Both the position numbers and the translations under genes were made by a program. Under the pieces are notes generated by a model, which saw nothing but the letters and a program-made list of their open reading frames with translations, had not been told where the DNA came from and did not search any database. A stretch of DNA of 64,000 nt from a virus (taxonomy: Duplodnaviria; Caudoviricetes): IMG/VR virus record IMGVR_UViG_641201006_000001, positions 1-64,000 of that record; one strand, written 5' to 3'. Position 1 is the first letter of the stretch. Every line of letters begins with the position of its first letter. This document shows, in pieces, positions 58,601 through 64,000 of this stretch.

Positions 58601-60236
58601 TGATCCATCTCGTATCTCGAACGGATTATGGAGAATGGCAGAAGGGTTAAAAGGATTAACAAACGAACCGGATGAAGTAAAGGCAAAAGCGAAGGCTCTT
58701 AATTCCCTTGTACTTCCGTTCTTACAGGAACAAGGATTCATTAAAGAGTTTGACCAAGCGTCACCTCCGGGAATGGTCAGCGTTGTAAATCAGCTTATGA
58801 AGAATAAACATAACCTTCCGGCTTATGAAGACTATGACCCAATCGTAAGTGCTGAAATGAGTAAGAGTGATATGGGATACCAAAAGTTCTTACAAGATAA
58901 GCATGATGAAATCCTTGAACCACACCGTCAATCGTTAACGACTCTGCAACGTAGTAAGCAACAAGTGTATCAAAGTCAGTTATCGGAGTTACGTGAACAA
59001 GGACTCTATGATCCACGGCTGACAGTTGAGCCACGCATTAGTGGATTCGATTTAGATACAATGCGCTTTGGTCGTAACGGCAGTGTATCAACTATGCAAG
59101 CAGATGAACTAGGACGATTGCTACAAGTGATTGACCCAAGAACAAGTGCTGATGCAGTTGACGCACGTAATACCATTGCTGGTGAATTATTTAACCGTGC
59201 GATTGGTGATGGACGTTTCAATATCCAAGACGTTATCGACGCTGGTGAGAGCGACAGACTTGCAGCAATGCGTGCCTTAAACTGGGTGACACCTGATAAC
59301 CAAGTGAACACGAACGTTGCCACTCACTTAGTCGGTGAGCCGGGCATTCATGCAAGTGAACCTCTTGGTATGCAAAGTGTTCAGATGTTAGATAAGATTG
59401 CTGAACAAGATGTCGGAAAGTATACTAGAGATAACGGATATAGTTCTTACCAAGATAAGATTCGTAACTGGAAAGGATACGAAGATACGGATGGTAAATG
59501 GGTAGGTGCGTATGATACAAGCGGTAACCGTCTTGAATATCCGGGTCGATTCCCTGAGGCTCCCGACAATGAATCACGAAGAGTATCCACCTTCGATCCG
59601 AAGGAAGCATCTCGTGCTTCGAATGAACAGATTAAAGCTGATGGACAAGGACGACGCACGCAAACACCAACGCCGGGTGAGGGCGGTCAGAATGCTCTAC
59701 GTTACTACCGTACAGAGAACCTTGACCCGAATACCAATTACCAACACAGCAATGCGATTAGTGAAGCCCTGCATTCTGCAAAAGAGAAAGCTACTAATCT
59801 AGCATCTGAAATGTGGCACGGCACACCGGGTAAAGCAATGAAGTGGATGGCCGGTATCGGTGCTGCTGCTTTTGCGGTGAACCAGTTTATGAATGCCGCT
59901 TCTCCTGTTCAGTTGCAACGTAAACCTATGGGTCACGGCGTTGAAGGTGCAACAGGTCAAGCGAACGACGGATTAAATCAACAGCAGAACCAACCTGCTA
60001 CTGGCGGTAAAACATACGTCAATAGCGGAGAGAGTCAACCACCTGCTGGTTATGAAGTGAATGTAAAAGGTACGGCTAAAGGAGATGTCGATTACAATGC
60101 GATGCAGGAGAAGGTTAATCAGACCATCGGTAACTTCAACGCTAACATCTCGGATGACCGTTCTACATTCAACCGTTCATGGCTAGAGAAACAGTTCGGT
60201 GACTACATTGATAGAGGATACGTGGGGCAGGAATAA
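52623..60236 (+). CDS. Giant virion protein (2537 aa), tape-measure candidate with DEDDh exonuclease-like motifs
   Basis: Mostly helical; YLDIETTGL (ExoI), AGQNVADAD (ExoII), HLARADV (ExoIII); hydrophobic helix near the C-terminus; position before the hub gene. Confidence 0.75.
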   Translation: MMNNYNENYAREIFFNRMMYFINEIKTGMVKDGVQNPAAEQQLLTQAHNVIQAQTMADTNYKFQLNNIYALTRNSDPVTLGNTMANNIKDLGYLPDSMKRVAERQAVSFTEELNSFMSGLQSRGLTNTSTSVVKANSMLTNTETFIRHDLYQSVEDIGIIGRRIHDQNFYHDNVFAQVNEAIFQYTQGADAVDQQGRKVGFSDLERSYRDYLMTQSITAQEMDRWGVIGYTDDKINKVLANIDHDPASFRIFAHDLQQGVNQYTRLIKGDRQQLNGVRQILKDAEAQKKPLVEVIEKSYANTKIGQEVLKKVRASGNKTDDYVRNMMRNFMMMKGNMEVPVVLASSVTDQTQRMVDAIGGAMKEMNNPKNPDYALYQKYRGIKGEHTKFMNELYTIRKEANVEGSLYINNQESLSHRANSMNMNEDTNVAYKKETLPDVNGEDRPRLNGEKRSTLPSQSNEYVSRTYDTKMGSVIHIDEANNTYYESNRLAMILDANDEAERKHKRAIEEQLAEGRERPQQPMNRFRNIFAQYFVETGSEEAKRLAGKAEADLSVVFNKDKYDPSMRNVISEATFNDIKERIANKEVSYENFSITRYQAKDRNQRSVDKWESALENNESIRMKGSEVGHRIVPNKDGRAVSSDGYVTLEREHELVENARIKMKVEQENVQDLLDQMDERRRRAKVTEEASRKVVEEIQDDAFINIRYKQEAVSEDLKNRSEFLYERLSNTDKYLQDNDLTKYGIKEANVRAIDIANEFNVYRKNLTELDPEGIEHRKSLPKFLLRMAESHAPWMMDDTSELVSHSEVALREVLNRMANGQQTIDLTDEGLLKEFDVYAERDAMGQLTQRAEKQRNQFIENLAGRNISQRLEDNLFLKVLGEMVQQNFQDKGTNGGVESLIRAAADMAEQNDRRGIAHDIHSMIKSPTMEFLFKEHGYYAQARSLTPDQIGRIIREREMTEASMVSFERLIQNDVDFSTADEIWSQRGINPMEGQEVRVGGDAYIKQAYDEVYDTRIANAYGNPEQSVVTKLGSLTDTDYKGGRVTDEAEIMERSKAQLLRVKEEELTMEYKANKMNTFIEDLKTKGVSFNHIDDVNTMLDLAKEQGMEHIEATVRDQPAYIYKGEKGDVIAHLLRDDRRIQLVNSSAGLQDSVHVDDKYPTKLYGGAQIQYDYGDGGVPVRHQYTSYDTIQGSGKFARSSNPSVTVEGFQRFLRGTDKMTYLDIETTGLSGSTLPEEVIQPLEVHMQKVQWDRRNGRLLQNEDGEFVIRHAGRETVREQQLIMGLKPETKAFMEDVIANEDFRFTVGDRSYDLIDYEHHKGRINDLINKSENAVDIRRQIVEKQDKLWFLRNIAKYAFPDTEDHGEIMRYQQYAGNMELPKSGSEFLTVLREDVQKAADNLASAGTSGGVKFSPVQVGTTEEGMIKHVSRFVGKGMLAGQNVADADWSKFVNISNKLVQEATLPFKTAQKALMDGITDVANTHVLDTLRDIQLAANLSDVNGFDKATKAYIEPVIKQMMKEDTGYKSLSDVFDDIRKANSEGMGHERFTAMLDSLQAGKDVDGFDSKLTMNLHRRIEDFAHIDDLYQSASEGNSMPKWAKKGKLNHFNDESTKEMLTGIDKLVKDVNVTGDELRRVQKIQADLPRPKIVEQMYLYNMVNPNAVGRSAEAQFEAMNIKVDDATGLHLARADVRNNLKLIERYGQELGYDPDFMFFDTTPLQKGDVVDLHTSFDDRIARGVYSVDSIDKAKHTMTFGRTLEDGTEEMHTIYGKSSADLSRKVNNHFAFIGTGGDAGATELAIDRFTQDNARRQVNRAMRHADVFDKYNNEIDELVENNKLTHDPLRKMQAIYEEAQDKVNPEYGPAMHPKDLSLAEQVALHKDNVNFFEGTAVQEALDETASNTKRLAFDKTEDWMLSPEGRQRYTFLDEVRSMEAAGALDPKMSNTLVKQWNDAIKEEGLRRGAKHSVFNRANLGTLDNRFGYMNGRQFVLDTSDPSRISNGLWRMAEGLKGLTNEPDEVKAKAKALNSLVLPFLQEQGFIKEFDQASPPGMVSVVNQLMKNKHNLPAYEDYDPIVSAEMSKSDMGYQKFLQDKHDEILEPHRQSLTTLQRSKQQVYQSQLSELREQGLYDPRLTVEPRISGFDLDTMRFGRNGSVSTMQADELGRLLQVIDPRTSADAVDARNTIAGELFNRAIGDGRFNIQDVIDAGESDRLAAMRALNWVTPDNQVNTNVATHLVGEPGIHASEPLGMQSVQMLDKIAEQDVGKYTRDNGYSSYQDKIRNWKGYEDTDGKWVGAYDTSGNRLEYPGRFPEAPDNESRRVSTFDPKEASRASNEQIKADGQGRRTQTPTPGEGGQNALRYYRTENLDPNTNYQHSNAISEALHSAKEKATNLASEMWHGTPGKAMKWMAGIGAAAFAVNQFMNAASPVQLQRKPMGHGVEGATGQANDGLNQQQNQPATGGKTYVNSGESQPPAGYEVNVKGTAKGDVDYNAMQEKVNQTIGNFNANISDDRSTFNRSWLEKQFGDYIDRGYVGQE

Positions 60237-60244
60237 ACTGCCCC
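60224..60244 (+). terminator. Hairpin over stop codon
   Basis: GGGGCAG-GAATAAA-CTGCCCC; no U tract. Confidence 0.35.
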
Positions 60245-60267
60245 TATCTATAAAAGAGGTGAGGAAT

Positions 60268-63200
60268 ATGGCATTAGCAACATCGGCTAATTATCATGGC
60301 CCCGAAAGTAATAGTTACCAAACCGGTTTCCGGGCAAAGCTCGCCGGTACAGATAAATATAATGCACTAATTGAAAAAGTAGCGGCAGAGACAGGATGTA
60401 ACCCACTACTGATGAAAGTTCTGATGGCTATGGAATCGGGCGGACAGATGCTTGGAACAAACAGTCTCGGATACTTCGGTCTGATGCAGACGAACTACAA
60501 ACGATTCAGTAAAGAACTTGGTGCAGCCTATCGAACTGACCCGTACCTACAAATCAAATCGGGTGCGATCGAGTTAATCGAGAAGAAAGATTACATCATG
60601 GGTGTAATCAAACGTGGTAACGGTAAAGGCCCGAAAGAAAAATGGACAGAAGAAATCTTCCAAACAGCATGGGCTTACAATGGATATACAATCAACGCAA
60701 GTTCTAAGATGATGGATGGATATAGATATGCACAAACCTTCCAAGCTGTATACGAAGGTATGGGCGGTAGCATGGCTGATAAAGTTTCGTCTGGTCAGAT
60801 GGGCGGAGGCACTGGAACTGGCGGTGGTGGCGGTACTGGTGGAGAAGTAGCCAAGCCAAAGTATGACGGCGGTGCGCCGGACTGGAAAGGTGGAGGCGAA
60901 CGAGGTATCGGCGGAACAGGGCCGGGAACAAGTACGAAGATGGATGACTATGAGAAGAATGATCCGAACAGCGCAATGTTCATCGGTATGTCACCTGAGG
61001 TAGAAGAGGATGATTATCCGAAGCATCGTTATGCAGGGAATCCATTCGTTCTTCGTATTGGTGATAGTCAGTTCTTTATTCCGCCAACGTCCATTAAAAC
61101 AGATAAAACGTCGAGTATCGCAGAGCAACATATACTGCGTGCGAAGACACCTATCATGACGAAATCCGGTTACACTTTACATACGCTTTCGATTCAGATG
61201 TACTTCTTCGGTGAAGAACAAATCAATGGATACCCAATAGAGGGGCCGGGCGGGAAGACGTATTATATGGATGGTCTTCGTCCTTTACTAGCGCAGTTCT
61301 ATAAGAATCCATTCTTACCGATTCGAAATGAGTTAATCAATAACCAGCACAACATTTATAACGTTGCCTTGCAGGACATTTCTTACACAGTTGACCCTGA
61401 CTTCTCGGACGCAATTGTCGTAAATCTAACACTGATTGAATGTTGCGTGGAACCATACATCAACTACCCTGAGTTTGTATACGATAGAATCTTTGTCTAT
61501 CCGTTATTCCGTTGGTGGTATCAACAACAGATGCTCGGCAAAGAGACAGAGCGTTATTCGGGTACATGGCTAAAGCCTGTTAACAAACATCTAAACGGGA
61601 AAGCATTCTTTAAAGTATTAGACCGTGACCTCATTGAACAAATGAAGGACGATGTAATGAAGAAGAATGACGGGAAGACAACGAAGGATGGTCAAACGAT
61701 TAATCCGGAGTACGCACTTGCTCGCATGAAGATCGGCGACATACGAAAACTGATGGTCGAATGGGAGACTGGGGATGCGGTACTTACAAACGTCACGGTA
61801 TCCGTTGGTAAAAACTTAACACCAATGTATATGGACGATTATGAGAAACCATTGTTCCAAGACTTAGGCGGAATGGTACGTGGCTTTACGCTAGAGTATT
61901 ATTGTACAAACCGTGGAGAGTTAGAATCCTTCCAAGCACTTGCGTCACACTTAGAAGAGTTAAGCCGTGACTATCGTTTCCGATTCGTATCGGGTTACCT
62001 TGCGATTGATAATGAACTGATTAACTTAGCCGGGATCCAAAACGCTATGATAACAAATATCCAAACAAGTACCGTTGAAGGTATGTCGGATAACTATATC
62101 GTTCGTATCACATGTCGTGAGTTTAATGCGAACCAAAAGAATGAGGAGCGCTTAAACGGTATCAACTACACAATGAAAGAATCCCTAAACAAATACGGAT
62201 TCGTAGATGCGATACCAACGAAGACAAACCGTAAGAGCGAGATTGCATACGAAGCAGAGGTTATGAAAATCCTAAACGACTTAGAGCTATATCCTGACCT
62301 TGAGTTACCTACATTCGAAGTAGCGAACAAAGCGGTAGCAGAAATCAATGCGTACCGTGAGAAGAGAGGTCAATCGAAGTTACCATACGATAAGCTCAAA
62401 CAACCTGACAATGCGACGTGGTGTGACCCTGACTTCTATATGGCATATCCATCTACGAAGCAAGCCTATTCTCATATGCAGTTAGGAGATATGGGTGACA
62501 AGATTATCAACCAACTTCGTAACGGATCCTATGATGAAATTAAAAACATGAGTAACGACGAAGGCTTTTGGAAAACAGCAGATGACATTCAGCAGTTATT
62601 CACAAAAGGTGTTGTCGATAATTCATGGGATGCAGATGCAGACGGAAAACGTAAGTTACTCAAGAGTTCATCTGTCACATTTGAGAATGCCACAAAAGAC
62701 TTCTTAGTGGATGCAGGACAAAGCTGGGGCGATGACAATAGTATTCCGGAAGACAAACAACTTGTTGAGATGATGACACATGACATGCTTAAATACAGTC
62801 ACCGTGGTCGTATGACTCGTGCCTTCCCTTCTTACATGCTACTATTCGTAGATGAAGGACAATGGGTAGACGGCAAGCGATTATGGAATAACTATTATAC
62901 CTATCATGCGATTCAGCAGATGGATATTATATCGGATAAAGAGAATCCAGTTGACCTTGCGTTTGTTACTTTATCAAACGTATACGGTACATTCGACTTC
63001 CAAGCGAAGATGAGTGACCCACGTAAGTATGCAAAAGAACCAATTGGATTACCGGGTCGTATCGGTGCATTAATCGACGACTTTAGTTTCACCGTTACCG
63101 CTAAAGTAATGGCAGAACGCTCGCAGTTAATGGAGCAAGTGAAACTGCGTGAAGGCGCACGAGTACATATGCGAATGGGTTATAGTGCAACAGCAGGTAA

Positions 63201-64000
63201 TATGCCGATTGTATTTAACGGTAAGATTGCTTCTGTTAATGAAGGGGAAGTTATTCAGATGCTATGTCAAGGCGACGGCGCAGAACTGATTAACCAATAC
63301 TACAGCACAGATCCAAAAGGTGATACGCCAAATGAACCGCACAATACATTCCAAGAGATGCTAACGAAACGTACAAGTAACTACTGGTTCACTGTATCAG
63401 AGGACTGGGAATTCGGTGACAACTATCTAAGTTACTACGGCATTGAACACTTTGGATTCGTAGAGAGTGAAGCAGGTGGTTTCTGGAAAGGTCTAGGCAA
63501 GAACTTCGAAATCCTAAAGAGCTTCCTAACGGACTCTGTACCGTTCTCTGCTTACGACATTATGAAGAACATCTATAAGGGTTCGAACTCACCAGTAACA
63601 GGACAGGAGACAGGATGGAGTCCATTTGACGGCGAGAAGAATATTAACATCGCTGCTTACAATAAGACGCCGTGGGATATTGGACAGATACTATCTATGT
63701 TCGTTCCGGAATTTATCTGCGCCCCTCATCATCACGGATTCCGTAGTACCTTGTTCTTCGGTATGCCACACTGGCCTGTGAAATATGAATACATTTTAAA
63801 AGACGGCAAAGAAGGAAACAGCTACACGGATTATCAAGAGAAGGTAAAACCATTCCAGCAGTTCCATATGATTACGTCGGGTAATGATATTATCGCCAAC
63901 AAAATACAGGCAAGCAGTGAGAAGTTAAAACACATTGCAGTCGGTATGTATAAGATGGGTAGCGGGCAAGATGCTGCTGAGTCCTATACAGTATGGGCGG
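60268..64000 (+). CDS. Tail lysin / baseplate hub protein with N-terminal lytic transglycosylase (SLT) domain; runs off the window
   Basis: GAGGTGAGG SD then ATG 60268, frame open to 64000 (so absent from the ORF track). MAMESGG..GLMQ..AWAYNG SLT motifs; RMGY..IVFNGKI..QGDG hub-like motif at ~63170-63280. Confidence 0.85.
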   Translation, partial: MALATSANYHGPESNSYQTGFRAKLAGTDKYNALIEKVAAETGCNPLLMKVLMAMESGGQMLGTNSLGYFGLMQTNYKRFSKELGAAYRTDPYLQIKSGAIELIEKKDYIMGVIKRGNGKGPKEKWTEEIFQTAWAYNGYTINASSKMMDGYRYAQTFQAVYEGMGGSMADKVSSGQMGGGTGTGGGGGTGGEVAKPKYDGGAPDWKGGGERGIGGTGPGTSTKMDDYEKNDPNSAMFIGMSPEVEEDDYPKHRYAGNPFVLRIGDSQFFIPPTSIKTDKTSSIAEQHILRAKTPIMTKSGYTLHTLSIQMYFFGEEQINGYPIEGPGGKTYYMDGLRPLLAQFYKNPFLPIRNELINNQHNIYNVALQDISYTVDPDFSDAIVVNLTLIECCVEPYINYPEFVYDRIFVYPLFRWWYQQQMLGKETERYSGTWLKPVNKHLNGKAFFKVLDRDLIEQMKDDVMKKNDGKTTKDGQTINPEYALARMKIGDIRKLMVEWETGDAVLTNVTVSVGKNLTPMYMDDYEKPLFQDLGGMVRGFTLEYYCTNRGELESFQALASHLEELSRDYRFRFVSGYLAIDNELINLAGIQNAMITNIQTSTVEGMSDNYIVRITCREFNANQKNEERLNGINYTMKESLNKYGFVDAIPTKTNRKSEIAYEAEVMKILNDLELYPDLELPTFEVANKAVAEINAYREKRGQSKLPYDKLKQPDNATWCDPDFYMAYPSTKQAYSHMQLGDMGDKIINQLRNGSYDEIKNMSNDEGFWKTADDIQQLFTKGVVDNSWDADADGKRKLLKSSSVTFENATKDFLVDAGQSWGDDNSIPEDKQLVEMMTHDMLKYSHRGRMTRAFPSYMLLFVDEGQWVDGKRLWNNYYTYHAIQQMDIISDKENPVDLAFVTLSNVYGTFDFQAKMSDPRKYAKEPIGLPGRIGALIDDFSFTVTAKVMAERSQLMEQVKLREGARVHMRMGYSATAGNMPIVFNGKIASVNEGEVIQMLCQGDGAELINQYYSTDPKGDTPNEPHNTFQEMLTKRTSNYWFTVSEDWEFGDNYLSYYGIEHFGFVESEAGGFWKGLGKNFEILKSFLTDSVPFSAYDIMKNIYKGSNSPVTGQETGWSPFDGEKNINIAAYNKTPWDIGQILSMFVPEFICAPHHHGFRSTLFFGMPHWPVKYEYILKDGKEGNSYTDYQEKVKPFQQFHMITSGNDIIANKIQASSEKLKHIAVGMYKMGSGQDAAESYTVWA

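Noticed and set aside
14736-60260. CTATA(T/A)AG-like strings upstream of several genes as a late promoter
   Set aside because: Too short, AT-rich and inconsistent to support without motif statistics.
60800-60930. GGN-rich tracts (also in the portal at ~16925-17020)
   Set aside because: Explained by Gly-rich protein linkers.

Overview
Left end of a large lytic Bacillus myovirus genome. From memory (not a database search), the gene order and protein sizes fit Bacillus thuringiensis phage 0305phi8-36 or a close relative. About 1-6450 is a leftward, minus-strand block that looks like an early/host-takeover module, probably the long terminal repeat. It encodes a Zn-finger protein, a CCA-adding/poly(A)-polymerase-like nucleotidyltransferase, coiled-coil proteins and an HExxH metallopeptidase. 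From about 6670 to the window end everything is on the plus strand and forms the morphogenesis module: large terminase, portal, prohead protease with nested scaffold, decoration protein, major capsid, fibre and neck proteins, two tail-sheath paralogs, three tail-tube paralogs, two chaperone paralogs, two giant virion proteins and a truncated lytic-transglycosylase/baseplate-hub protein. The best candidate for an undescribed system is a ~700-nt ORF-free, GC-enriched, densely base-paired minus-strand element (1136-1835). It has a pseudoknot, UUCG/GNRA loops and a leading RNase III-like hairpin, and sits directly downstream of the nucleotidyltransferase gene. Other notable signals are nuclease domains inside the two giant tail-region proteins, tandem G.A DNA hairpins near the genome end, and strong GGWCC/CCWGG avoidance. 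All protein calls come from motif reading by eye.
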